A stretch of 64,000 nt of DNA from a virus (lineage: Duplodnaviria > Caudoviricetes): the IMG/VR virus record IMGVR_UViG_3300037067_002168, positions 1 through 64,000 of that record; one strand, given 5' to 3'. Below, piece after piece: positions 46,552 through 56,176 of this stretch. The notes under the pieces are model-generated. The model made no database searches and was not told the DNA's origin. It saw only the letters and a program-made list of their open reading frames with translations. Each line of letters opens with the position of its first letter. Within the stretch, counting starts at the first letter, position 1. A program made the position numbers and the translations under genes.

Positions 46552-47394
46552 ATGACCAAGCCAATTATCGAGCGAGCTAAACAAGTGTTTCAGGATTCTT
46601 ACGGCGAAGGTCATTGGATCGATGTCGCTGTTGCATGTCTCGACGCTGCCCACCTACTCAACGATCCTGTACCAATGCTCACGGCGGAAGAGGTGCGAGA
46701 GATAGCGGCAAAGGCGCTACATGATGGTGGAGAATATATGATTGCAAATGCAATGAGGGCGGGAGATCGAAGCTTTGGAGCTACCTATATAGCCGTCAAT
46801 GCTCTAGTCGGCCACATTCAGCGTGGAGGCTTGACAGAGGAACAAACAAAAGAGATTAAGAAACTGAATGTATTGAAAGAGGAAATCAAGTCACTCAAGG
46901 GGCAGTTAGCAGATATTGGCGTTGAAAAATATGGTTTGGAGTTGTTACAAACTTCATTTAATTGGGGCCACACGCGCCTTTGTGCAATCAATGCAATACA
47001 CCATGAATCTCAATGTACTTGTGGCAGAAGTATTATCGGACGTTTGATTGTTGCAGAAAATGCAGTCAAGAAGATGAAAACAGAAAATGAGTTGTTTCAC
47101 AAAAATGCTAAGGATAGAAACGGCCTAACTCCAGAACAAACGAAAGACTTGGAGCGGTGGGAGTTTGTGAATCATCTTCAATGGTACAATAAAGTCGTAA
47201 GAGGTTATCGTTATCGTTGTGTAGATGTTCCTATCGATGGGAAACTTGGCGGCAATTTTGCATTCGCTGTTGATGCCGCTATCACTGAATCGAAGAAGCC
47301 GAAGCCGATTACGCCAGAGCAAGCCAAGGCGGCTATCGACAGTGGCGACAAAGAGATTGTTAGGAAGTGGATTGAACAGGAGAAGAAGCAATGA
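46552..47394 (+). CDS. hypothetical protein
   Basis: 280-aa ORF, AAGGA RBS. Confidence 0.65.
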   Translation: MTKPIIERAKQVFQDSYGEGHWIDVAVACLDAAHLLNDPVPMLTAEEVREIAAKALHDGGEYMIANAMRAGDRSFGATYIAVNALVGHIQRGGLTEEQTKEIKKLNVLKEEIKSLKGQLADIGVEKYGLELLQTSFNWGHTRLCAINAIHHESQCTCGRSIIGRLIVAENAVKKMKTENELFHKNAKDRNGLTPEQTKDLERWEFVNHLQWYNKVVRGYRYRCVDVPIDGKLGGNFAFAVDAAITESKKPKPITPEQAKAAIDSGDKEIVRKWIEQEKKQ

Positions 47395-47891
47395 AAACCG
47401 TTACTAAAAAAACTCGGTACAAGACAGAAGATGGCATGACGTTCGATAACCAAGAATCTGCGAAACGGCACGAGGAGTTTGCCTTGGCGATCAAGGATTA
47501 TGAGAACGCCAAACACACGCTTGGAAAAATTCTTGCAGAACGATGCAAAACGGCTGATGGCAAAACATTTTCTTTTGGTTTATGGCATAAATACTACTGG
47601 ATCACTCCTGGATATTTCGCGTTGCCGCGAATCCTGGAGTGCGAGTTCTGGGGTACAAACTGGTCGTGGGACAGTAGCCACGACATTGACGACATACGCG
47701 AAACCGATCCGGCAATTTGCCTGTTATTCTACCAGGACTGCAACGGACAAAAAATGGATCATGGGCAGCATATCTTGATTTCCGAACTGTATGCCGGCCG
47801 CGCCGCTGCGGATGCCGCCTTGAAAACGGCCCAGAAACAATGGCTTAACGAGAGAGCAAAAGAGGTTGAGGGAAAGGAAGGTGCGGAATGA
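47391..47891 (+). CDS. hypothetical protein
   Basis: ATGA coupling. Confidence 0.65.
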   Translation: MKTVTKKTRYKTEDGMTFDNQESAKRHEEFALAIKDYENAKHTLGKILAERCKTADGKTFSFGLWHKYYWITPGYFALPRILECEFWGTNWSWDSSHDIDDIRETDPAICLLFYQDCNGQKMDHGQHILISELYAGRAAADAALKTAQKQWLNERAKEVEGKEGAE

Positions 47892-48103
47892 GCTGTTGCG
47901 ATAATAGCGGTCTGATATTTCCAACCGGTTGTTCGACGCGCAAGGAAGGCATATCACTTCGGGATTGGTTTGCAGGAATGGCCATGCAGGGAATTCTTGC
48001 ATCATATTACCCATACAATCGCGGCAGTCCTCTTATAGGAAGAGAATCTTACGCGATTGCCGACGCGATGCTGGACAGCAGAAAAAAGGGCACCACACAA
48101 TGA
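47888..48103 (+). CDS. conserved phage hypothetical protein
   Basis: GISLRDWFAGMAMQG...YAIADAML. Confidence 0.75.
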   Translation: MSCCDNSGLIFPTGCSTRKEGISLRDWFAGMAMQGILASYYPYNRGSPLIGRESYAIADAMLDSRKKGTTQ

Positions 48104-48492
48104 CGCACTCAGAGCGATGTGGACGCGAAGGAACACGCGACGTGATATTTGTGTTTCAGGTTCGCAATCGACAGATCATTAAAGAGCCGGATGGACGCGA
48201 ATACGACGGCGAAGGATGGAGCCGCGTGTTCGATGATGACGAGCCAGAGGATTTGGATGCGGGTTATCTTTCCTTTGATGAGTTATATGAGATTGATAAC
48301 GAGTGCATTGTTGACACATGGGATACGGAGTCCGTATGGCTTGATCGTGAAGAAGCTGAGACGTTTGGTGAATGCAACTCACACAACTACGGCGCAAAAA
48401 ATAAAGATTGGCAAGTTTACGGAGTTCCTGCGAACGGGCAGCTTGCAAGGATACTTCAATCGCAAGACGCACAAAAGGATACCACACCATGA
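48100..48492 (+). CDS. hypothetical acidic protein
   Basis: ATGA coupling. Confidence 0.65.
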   Translation: MTHSERCGREGTRDVIFVFQVRNRQIIKEPDGREYDGEGWSRVFDDDEPEDLDAGYLSFDELYEIDNECIVDTWDTESVWLDREEAETFGECNSHNYGAKNKDWQVYGVPANGQLARILQSQDAQKDTTP

Positions 48493-48872
48493 CCCTAAAG
48501 CCAACTCCACCAGTAGTCGGGAAAATATGCGAGTACATTGACAGCGTGTTCAGCCTACAGCACACAAGGCCGGAAGATGCTACAGAAATCGCAGATCTAA
48601 TTGCCGAACATGACGCGGCGAAGGATGCGGAGATTGAACGGATGCGAGTGGAACTGGCCGAAGCCAATACGATTATCGACAAATTTCCAAAGACGGCGGA
48701 TGGAGTGGTAGTCGCGCCCGGCGATGAAGTATGGGATGCTGATGCTGATCGGTGGCTGATTGTTGCGGACTTTGGCCTATGCTGCATTGCAGATGGCGAG
48801 GCGGTGTCGTGTGAAATAATTGACAGCCATTCAACCCGCGAAGCCAGCGAGAAGACAAAGGACGGTGCGTGA
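48489..48872 (+). CDS. hypothetical protein
   Basis: AAAGGA RBS. Confidence 0.6.
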   Translation: MTLKPTPPVVGKICEYIDSVFSLQHTRPEDATEIADLIAEHDAAKDAEIERMRVELAEANTIIDKFPKTADGVVVAPGDEVWDADADRWLIVADFGLCCIADGEAVSCEIIDSHSTREASEKTKDGA

Positions 48873-49156
48873 TGAACACGAAACAAGAGATATGGCATGT
48901 TGGTTACAATGGACCAAGGTCTGTCCAATTTATTGAACTGTTTCCTCAGCCAAACGTGAAAGACAGAGCCGTGATTCTATTTCACGGTGTTCCCGAGGTT
49001 GTAGACGCTGCTGATTTGCACGAATCGAGAGCAGCTTGTTACCGTGAGGCAGGAAATAGGAAGCAGGCAATTGCATTCCAGGCCATGCAACAGGCGACTG
49101 AATGGTTTGCGAGTGCTGACAAGGTGGAGTCAGAAGAAGCAAAGGAAGGGGAGTAA
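48869..49156 (+). CDS. hypothetical protein
   Basis: Coupled ORF. Confidence 0.6.
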   Translation: MMNTKQEIWHVGYNGPRSVQFIELFPQPNVKDRAVILFHGVPEVVDAADLHESRAACYREAGNRKQAIAFQAMQQATEWFASADKVESEEAKEGE

Positions 49157-49447
49157 ATGATGGGAAAACGCGGAGAATTAACACGGCGTATCGAGGATCT
49201 GTCAAAAAGTCTTCTTGGCTACGAGATGGGGCTAACTGAGTTTCGATTGATGCCCTACATTTTGTACGTGATGGTCAACGAGCAGAGGATCGATCCGAAC
49301 AAGATCAATGCGGACGAACGCGATATTTTAGCTCGGTGGCGGCAGGCCGGGTATATCGAGGGCGGCGCAAGCGGCCTCAATATCACCGAGAACTTTTGGA
49401 ACATTCTGTGCAAGATTGTTTTCGCTGGGTATGTCGATATTGCCTAA
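49157..49447 (+). CDS. conserved phage hypothetical protein
   Basis: RLMPYI.Y..VN.Q.IDP.KIN..ER.IL..W. Confidence 0.7.
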   Translation: MMGKRGELTRRIEDLSKSLLGYEMGLTEFRLMPYILYVMVNEQRIDPNKINADERDILARWRQAGYIEGGASGLNITENFWNILCKIVFAGYVDIA

Positions 49448-49629
49448 TCGTAAAAATTGATCAATCTAGGGATGCAAAAATACTGTAGTTAGCCGCTGAG
49501 TTTATTAAAGCGTGGATGGAGTGATACAATGAATCATGAGCGACTGATTTCAGAATTGAAACAACTGGTTCGTGATCCTGCGGATGGCCACTTGTACGGC
49601 GGTATAAAAAACAATAAGTATCCGTCGCG

Positions 49630-50040
49630 TTGGATGCCGGCGGTTTTAGTGCGAAAACAAACGATCCGCGCAATCTTGAAAGAATTAAGCGAGTGCAAGA
49701 AATAATCGCCTCTATCCAGCGCGGATGTTACGCTTCTAAGGAGTTGCTGGACGCTGTCGAATTGGCTATAGACAGCAAAATGCCATTAGAATTACTAGAT
49801 AGACTATTATTGGAAAAAGAGTCGATCAGAATTATCGGTTACGACCCAACTGGTGAACTACTCGGGGAGGATTATTGGAGAGACGCTGCCGGTGAACCGC
49901 GGGGATTAGACTGGCCCACACCCAAAGAGAAGGATCGACGTGGAAATAATAAGTCTATCCGCGAAGAATACAGAAGAGTCATTCCGACAGTCGTAACTGA
50001 TAGGCACCTGGGTAAATTAACAATAATGGATGCAGAGTAA
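49630..50040 (+). CDS. hypothetical protein (start uncertain)
   Basis: ORF track only. Confidence 0.4.
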   Translation: MDAGGFSAKTNDPRNLERIKRVQEIIASIQRGCYASKELLDAVELAIDSKMPLELLDRLLLEKESIRIIGYDPTGELLGEDYWRDAAGEPRGLDWPTPKEKDRRGNNKSIREEYRRVIPTVVTDRHLGKLTIMDAE

Positions 50041-50042
50041 CA

Positions 50043-50219
50043 ATGCCTAAGAAAGGAAGACGGTGTTGGGGAATCGACTTAAGTGAGAAGTATTTGAAGG
50101 ATAACGCGGTGCCTAGAATCGAGGGAGCATTATCAGTTAGGCCGGCGTTATCTAGATTGATTCCCAACCGTAAGACAGAGCGTATTAGATTGGGTAATAG
50201 GTTACTGAGTTCAAAATAA
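50043..50219 (+). pseudogene. possible remnant of a DNA methyltransferase C-terminus
   Basis: GRRCWGIDLSEKYL resembles the GR..IGIE.S.EY tail of N4/N6 MTases. Confidence 0.35.
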
Positions 50220-50241
50220 AATTGATTTTGGCTTCTTACTA

Positions 50242-50275
50242 TATACTACTACGTAGTATTACGTAAGTAGACCCT
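50242..50275 (+). repeat. 34-bp palindromic element, inverted copy of 14672-14705
   Basis: tatactactacgtagtattacgtaagtagaccct. Confidence 0.85.
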
Positions 50276-50403
50276 GCCGATTACATTATAATAATCAAAA
50301 CTTGCGTCGTAAGTAACCGGCGTTAGGTAAAATCGTAAGGGTTTACGGGCATGGGTATAATGGCAGTATAGTTTAATAATCTTGTAATAGTCAGGAGATA
50401 ACC

Positions 50404-51309
50404 ATGAATGTTGGGATCATAGGTCAGGGATTTGTTGGCACCGCCGTTCGAGAAGGTCTACGCAAACATCATACAATTCTTACTTATGATAAAAAACACT
50501 TGGACCATATTGACTATTTTGCCGGCGATTTAGGACGGTCGCAGCCGTCGTCGTCTCCGGTCAGTCAATTATGCGTCGATTGCGCTGTAATCTTTATCTG
50601 CTTGCCGACTCCGATGGGTATGGACGGCTCCTGTGATACAAGTATCGTTGAGTCCACCATCGCTCTGATTTACGATGCGCGTCGGAATCGGCAAAGTGAA
50701 TCAGTTGGGTTATGCTATTCTCCGACGATCATCATCAAGTCAACAGTACCGCCAGGAACGACGAAGGAATTGATGGGTAAGTATCCTGGAACTAAAATCT
50801 GTTTCAACCCGGAGTTTCTCACGGAAAGAGATCCAGTCGGTGATTTTCAACGACAGAATCGGATCGTCATTGGTGTAGAAGACCGGGGGACTGCGACGGC
50901 AGTGTCTCTGATGTACCGAGAGGCATTTCCAGGAGTTGAGCAGTGCGTCGTCGATTCTACTACGGCAGAATTAGTCAAGTATTTTACCAACGTCGCCCTG
51001 GCCGTCCGCGTATCGTTGGCAAATGAGTTTTATCAGATTGCTCAAAAGTTAGATTTAGACTATGGGCAGGTCCAGAAAATTGCTAATTTAGATCCTCGAT
51101 TAGGCGGCAGTCATTGGCAGGTGCCTGGGTTAGACGGTAAGATGGGATTTAGTGGGAGCTGCTTTCCTAAGGATTTGAATGGATTGATCACATTCGCTGA
51201 GTCGATCGGAGTATCCTGCCCTACGATGCTTGGCGCTTGGCAGACAAACTTAAACGTGCGACCAGAGCGAGACTGGGAACAATTGGTTGGCCGTGCTGTC
51301 ATAGGATAA
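50404..51309 (+). CDS. ugd: UDP-glucose/GDP-mannose dehydrogenase family protein (short form)
   Basis: GIIGQGFVG, ICLPTP, KSTVPPG, NPEFL, AELVKY..N, GSCFPKD. Confidence 0.92.
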   Translation: MNVGIIGQGFVGTAVREGLRKHHTILTYDKKHLDHIDYFAGDLGRSQPSSSPVSQLCVDCAVIFICLPTPMGMDGSCDTSIVESTIALIYDARRNRQSESVGLCYSPTIIIKSTVPPGTTKELMGKYPGTKICFNPEFLTERDPVGDFQRQNRIVIGVEDRGTATAVSLMYREAFPGVEQCVVDSTTAELVKYFTNVALAVRVSLANEFYQIAQKLDLDYGQVQKIANLDPRLGGSHWQVPGLDGKMGFSGSCFPKDLNGLITFAESIGVSCPTMLGAWQTNLNVRPERDWEQLVGRAVIG

Positions 51310-51358
51310 CATCGGTATAATACTTAGTTGTGCGTCTTATCAGTAGAAAGGAAACATC

Positions 51359-51631
51359 ATGCAAATCGAGTACGTAAAGTTGAGATCGGGCGATGAACTG
51401 ATCGGTGGCATTCAGGAAGATAGTCCGAACGCATTGTCAAATCCCTGGCGTATGCTACTGACGCCTAATGGTTACGTGCCTTGCCCTATACCAGTTAAGG
51501 AGATTACTCTGGATGGATCGGAAATTGTCTGGCGAGGCGAGGTTGATGCTGACCTAGCCGACGTATATCGAACTAAGAATGGGCTACTGTCAGTCCAAAC
51601 TCCCAGACTATCTATACCGCGTCCATGCTAA
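51359..51631 (+). CDS. hypothetical protein (possibly Sm-like fold)
   Basis: VKLRSGDELIG...LSNP; AAAGGA RBS. Confidence 0.55.
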   Translation: MQIEYVKLRSGDELIGGIQEDSPNALSNPWRMLLTPNGYVPCPIPVKEITLDGSEIVWRGEVDADLADVYRTKNGLLSVQTPRLSIPRPC

Positions 51632-51687
51632 GCAGTTGACCAACCGCGTGGTACTGGATTATCGACGTAATAATAGCGAGGTATACT

Positions 51688-52023
51688 GTGGTCAATAAGG
51701 ACTTGGATCTGCTGCAAGAGTCGGTGGACGAGTGCCCTGTACAACGCCGTATGGTTCAGATGCTGCTAGATGGGCTGCCGCACCGTCGGGAAGAGTTACA
51801 CGGGTGCTTGGCAGACAGACTGGGCCCACTGTCAAACATCAAGTCTAACATCAGCAAGATTCGTAAGCAGGCGCACATCTTTGGGTTGGACATCGTATGC
51901 GTACTATTCCAGCGTACCGTGTGGTATCGTCTCGTTCGCGCGATAAACGATCAACGCGATCGTGAATCGGATGTCGGCAGATGCTCATCTTCTGCGTCAG
52001 TAATTTTTGATTCTGGCCGGTGA
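51688..52023 (+). CDS. hypothetical (winged-helix-like) protein
   Basis: ORF; weak motif. Confidence 0.5.
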   Translation: MVNKDLDLLQESVDECPVQRRMVQMLLDGLPHRREELHGCLADRLGPLSNIKSNISKIRKQAHIFGLDIVCVLFQRTVWYRLVRAINDQRDRESDVGRCSSSASVIFDSGR

Positions 52024-52123
52024 AAAATCAGATTTCAAACGTCAAAAATTGCGCCTATTTTATAACCCCGAGTAAGGCAGTTCAGTATCAGGTCAGTCGC
52101 CGCCTGTTTGCCATGATAATAAA

Positions 52124-52528
52124 ATGATCCCGCTATGCAAGATTACACAGATTCAAGATATGCTAAACGCTGGAATCTCATATAGAAAAATTACCGTGAT
52201 GGCTGGTGTGTCGAGAGGAACCATCAGCCGTGTGGCCAATGGCGAGATTACCAATAGGAGACGTAGGAAAACTGACTCTAATTTTAGCAGGTATGTAGAT
52301 AGTTCACCACGACTGCTACCCAAAAGGATTTGTCCAACATGCGGAATAGTTGGATACCATCCTTGCGTTGCTTGCAGAGCAATAGATGGTGATAACTCTG
52401 AAAAGCGTATTGCTAGATTAGAAGCAGATCAGGTAAATACGGCTGATCTGGATCTGAAGTTGGATGAGCAAGAAACCAATAACCTACGACTTTTAGTTGC
52501 CAATCCAAATATCTTAGATGCTGAATAA
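52124..52528 (+). CDS. HTH plus CxxC protein
   Basis: SYRKI..MAGVSRGTISRV; CPTC...CVAC. Confidence 0.7.
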   Translation: MIPLCKITQIQDMLNAGISYRKITVMAGVSRGTISRVANGEITNRRRRKTDSNFSRYVDSSPRLLPKRICPTCGIVGYHPCVACRAIDGDNSEKRIARLEADQVNTADLDLKLDEQETNNLRLLVANPNILDAE

Positions 52529-52546
52529 ACAATTGTAAAAACCCAA

Positions 52547-52581
52547 ATTGTAGATTGTAGATTGTAGATTGTAGATTGTAG
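52547..52581 (+). repeat. 7-bp tandem repeat (ATTGTAG)x5
   Basis: Five perfect intergenic copies upstream of the putative terS. Confidence 0.95.
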
Positions 52582-52605
52582 ATTTAATTATCATATCGGA
52601 TTATA

Positions 52606-53340
52606 ATGAGTAATGATGGACATCAGAATAAGATGACGTTACGTAAGCGGGAACAGGCAATCGCTACCAGTAAACGTCGCAAGGCGATCTGGCAGATGTG
52701 GTTGCAGGGAGTACGCAGTCAGTGCGAGATGGCGGCTAGACTAGGCATCAGTCAACCTGCCGTATGTAATCATCTAAAGGCAATACAGCGGCAATTGAAG
52801 GAAGAGGATGTCAAGGGGTATCGCAATAAACAATTGCGGCGTATCAATCAGTTTGAGATGGCTGCCAAAGAAGCATTTGACGCTTGGCAGAAGAGCAAGG
52901 AGAGCGTAGAACAGATACAGACTGAGTATGTTCGCAAGGATTGCCCTCTATGCAAGCAGAGAGAAAAAGAAGAGGCGTCAGCTAAGAAGTCAGTGAAAAG
53001 AGTATCGATGAAAAAAGAGAAACCCTGTGAAGTTTGCAACGGAAACGGGTACATAATGCAGGAGAACATCATACGTAGAGTGACAGGCAAGGCAGGCGAC
53101 GCGGCGTTAATTCAACAGTACTGGTTTTGTATGCGTGAAGCGGCTAAACTTGAGGGATTGTATGAGCGAAATAAACGGCCGATACCTCCTGGGCAGGAGA
53201 CGCACCTACATGCCCATGTACACGGTGATATGGACTGGAGTAAAGTTCCGGCTGATCAACTGCTACAATTGAAGCAGGCATACTCCAATGCAGAAGAAGC
53301 GAGCAAGACGGCGATCGACGTTGAGTCAAAGCCAGAGTGA
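52606..53340 (+). CDS. terS: putative terminase small subunit
   Basis: N-terminal HTH (EMAARLGISQPAV), Zn motifs, GD..L...AKL.GL; upstream of terL. Confidence 0.65.
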   Translation: MSNDGHQNKMTLRKREQAIATSKRRKAIWQMWLQGVRSQCEMAARLGISQPAVCNHLKAIQRQLKEEDVKGYRNKQLRRINQFEMAAKEAFDAWQKSKESVEQIQTEYVRKDCPLCKQREKEEASAKKSVKRVSMKKEKPCEVCNGNGYIMQENIIRRVTGKAGDAALIQQYWFCMREAAKLEGLYERNKRPIPPGQETHLHAHVHGDMDWSKVPADQLLQLKQAYSNAEEASKTAIDVESKPE

Positions 53341-53528
53341 TAGATACTATGGAATACCCATTAGAGATAGAGATGTTGGGGTTAGGTATGTACCGACGAC
53401 GGTTGATCGACTGCGTATTCTTTCGCGGTTGGTCTACATTAAAGTGCGCCAGGGAGATTGGTGCTGATCCAAACCAAGTGTTACTAGACTTTAACGAGGC
53501 TACTCGCAAAAACGAGGAGGAACGATAA
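53337..53528 (+). CDS. hypothetical protein
   Basis: Coupled small ORF. Confidence 0.5.
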   Translation: MIDTMEYPLEIEMLGLGMYRRRLIDCVFFRGWSTLKCAREIGADPNQVLLDFNEATRKNEEER

Positions 53529-53722
53529 TGTTGCAAGTTATTTGCACTGTGTTCTATGCAGATACGGGTGAATTTTGCAAGCGGGTAATTGACTGGGATG
53601 ATCCAGAGCAGCGTAGGAAGTTTGCTCGTAGGGCAAACCAAGCAATTCGAGACGGTGGAAAGGTCACAACAGAACGGTTTGATGCGAGGCAGGATGTCAA
53701 TCAGGATGTCAATTTTGAGTAA
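53528..53722 (+). CDS. hypothetical protein
   Basis: GAGGAGG RBS. Confidence 0.55.
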   Translation: MLQVICTVFYADTGEFCKRVIDWDDPEQRRKFARRANQAIRDGGKVTTERFDARQDVNQDVNFE

Positions 53723-55325
53723 GCAAAAATTACCATCTAAACCTTCTACGCTACCTCCCTCATCTACGGTGGACGCAGAGTATCGGCGACGCAGCAAGGA
53801 TGATCCATTGCTGTTCGCTCGCGGGTTGATAATCCCTAGCGCCTCTGGTCCCAAGCTATTCGAGAGTTGCATCGCGCCGTTCCAACGAGAGTGTTTCGAC
53901 CTGCTAGCCGAATCGCTGTTGGCAGTACGCGACGGTAAGCTACCGCAGAGGAGAAGGTACTGGATCGAGCGAACGAAGAAGGCGTCGAAGGATGCCGACA
54001 TGGCCATCTGCATCGTGTGGTTGATGGCCTTTGCTAGTAAGCCAACACTGGTTCAGGTGTCTGCGGCGAATCAGCAGCAGGCAGGTATCATCAAGCGGCG
54101 CGCCGCTGCATTACTACACTACAATCCTTGGCTAAACGACTTAGTGACTATCCAACTCAATCGTATATTCAGTAAGGACACCAGGCTGGGCGAGACAGTC
54201 ATCGAGGCGACTGGCAGCTCAGGAGCTAAACAGGGTGACATCCCCGATCTGCTATTGTTGAATGAGCTGGTTCACGTCGATCGCTGGGGCGTGAATGAGA
54301 CACACATGAATAACGCCGACGGAGTTCCTCGTGGCGTCGTCATCATCTGTACCAACGCCGGTATCAAGAATAGCAAGGCGTGGCGCTGGAGACAGAATGC
54401 CCTGAATAATCCAGATCGGTGGACCGTCCATCTGTGGAAGGATCTGGCCCCCTGGAACAGCCCCGAAGACATGGAGGATGCCAGGCGCAGAGACCCGGTG
54501 GGGTCTGAGTTCGCTAGACTCTGGAAGGGGCAGTGGGTGAGCGGGTCAGGCGACGCCGTGTCTGAGGTGATGATAGACAAGTGCTTCAGGTTAGAGGGGC
54601 CATTAAAGGGGCCAGAGCATGGCTGGGAGTACGTGGCGGGCGTAGACTTGGGTATATCCCACGATCACTCCGGCGTTACCCTAGTGGGCGTAGACCGTCT
54701 TAATCAGCGTATAAAAGTCGGGTGGATCAGGGGGTTTGAGCCGTCTATACCGAACGATCAGAATAAGCTGGAGGTGGATTTAGACAAAGTTGAGTCCACC
54801 TGCCTAAATCTAACAAATAGGTTTCATGTTCGTTGGTTCGGCTACGATCCGGCAGCCGGTGGTAGCTTCATGGCGCAACGGTTACGCAAACAAAATGTAC
54901 CGATGCGCGAAATGTCTTTCTCCAGCCCAACAAACTTGAGCGCTATGGCTCTGGCGTTTGTTCAGACAGTCGGAGCCGGCAAGCTGGAGTGCTACGAAGA
55001 TGACGACGGAAGGTTGAGAAGGGATTTTGGCAAGTTCTCCATCGTACCTAGGATACCCGGCGGATACAAGTTGGAGGCTCCTAGCGACGAGTGGGGTCAT
55101 GCCGACGTTGGTACCGCGCTGGTCATATGTCTACCTGAGGCAGTCAGCATGCTGGGAGGTAATCTGGCCTTTTCTTCTGGGGATGTCCTATTCGAGGAGA
55201 CTAAGGAATTGACTGATAAGGAATTGTCTCAGATGCCGAAAGAACTACAAGACATCTGTGATGTTTATCAGAAACCAACTGCGAGTCAACGATTCGATGG
55301 TTTAGACGACCCAGACAACTGGTAA
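53706..55325 (+). CDS. terL: terminase large subunit
   Basis: ATPase (RTKKASKD, QQA, LLLNE) plus RNase H nuclease (AGVDLG..HD, YDP, HAD). Confidence 0.85.
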   Translation: MSILSKQKLPSKPSTLPPSSTVDAEYRRRSKDDPLLFARGLIIPSASGPKLFESCIAPFQRECFDLLAESLLAVRDGKLPQRRRYWIERTKKASKDADMAICIVWLMAFASKPTLVQVSAANQQQAGIIKRRAAALLHYNPWLNDLVTIQLNRIFSKDTRLGETVIEATGSSGAKQGDIPDLLLLNELVHVDRWGVNETHMNNADGVPRGVVIICTNAGIKNSKAWRWRQNALNNPDRWTVHLWKDLAPWNSPEDMEDARRRDPVGSEFARLWKGQWVSGSGDAVSEVMIDKCFRLEGPLKGPEHGWEYVAGVDLGISHDHSGVTLVGVDRLNQRIKVGWIRGFEPSIPNDQNKLEVDLDKVESTCLNLTNRFHVRWFGYDPAAGGSFMAQRLRKQNVPMREMSFSSPTNLSAMALAFVQTVGAGKLECYEDDDGRLRRDFGKFSIVPRIPGGYKLEAPSDEWGHADVGTALVICLPEAVSMLGGNLAFSSGDVLFEETKELTDKELSQMPKELQDICDVYQKPTASQRFDGLDDPDNW

Positions 55326-55439
55326 CTGCCAGAACCGTCTGACGATTAAACTCTAATGGGTTTATGCCTAATGATACTGCGTTGCTGATTTTGAGAATAG
55401 ACTATAGTGTTCTTCGGGAACGGTATATCCAGGAAGATC

Positions 55440-56006
55440 ATGAAACTACTCCTTCAGAAACCAATCCCTGGCGGTCCTCCGATTGAGCGTATCATCGCGC
55501 AAGTCTGCGGTCCCTACTGTCATGCAGAAGTACTGTTTGAGAGCGATGGTAGGATGTTTTCTTCTGGAGTGCCTGACGGAGTTCGATTCACGTCAGCCAA
55601 AGATACATTCGACGAGCTGGCTAACCATGCTGGCTATTGGGACATCATACAGCTACCGTGGACTGAGACGCACGAAGTTACCGTCTGGTGTGAATCACTA
55701 GTCGGTGCTGGATACGACTATGTTGGTGCGTTTTCTTCTGGATTTGGGTTAGCTCGCCAACATTTTGACAAGTGGTTCTGTTCGGAAGTCAGCGCTGAAG
55801 TCATCAGTCGAGTGAGTGGGCTAGTCATACCAAAACTACTCTGTCCTACCGATCTGGGTATTTGGATCAACGACATTCTGGACGGGGTTTCAGACGTAGA
55901 AGCTATTGCACGACGACAAATAGCGGCTCTGACTAGGTTCCATGGTAGCGAGATAGAAGATTACGGCGATTTACTACAGATTATTCAAGGGCGATTGACA
56001 ATTTAA
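55440..56006 (+). CDS. permuted papain-like (YiiX/YaeF) peptidase/amidase
   Basis: YCHAEVLF...GAGYDY...KWFCSE. Confidence 0.75.
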   Translation: MKLLLQKPIPGGPPIERIIAQVCGPYCHAEVLFESDGRMFSSGVPDGVRFTSAKDTFDELANHAGYWDIIQLPWTETHEVTVWCESLVGAGYDYVGAFSSGFGLARQHFDKWFCSEVSAEVISRVSGLVIPKLLCPTDLGIWINDILDGVSDVEAIARRQIAALTRFHGSEIEDYGDLLQIIQGRLTI

Positions 56007-56039
56007 CTTTGAACAAATTTATGGAATCGGGAGACAGTG

Positions 56040-56150
56040 ATGAACTTAATACCAGACATACTACGTATTACGTTTGTATGGCTGATATTTGGTACTATAA
56101 CAGCCGCCGCAATTGTTTTAGTTAAACTAGCGATCTATGTTGGTTTGTGA
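56040..56150 (+). CDS. 36-aa membrane peptide
   Basis: Read by eye; GGGAG RBS; hydrophobic. Confidence 0.45.
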   Translation: MNLIPDILRITFVWLIFGTITAAAIVLVKLAIYVGL

Positions 56151-56176
56151 TTACCCATTACCCTAGGAGGTGTCTT

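Noticed and set aside
53690-53713. 12-bp tandem duplication CAGGATGTCAAT at the terL start
   Set aside because: Short slippage duplication with no evidence of function.
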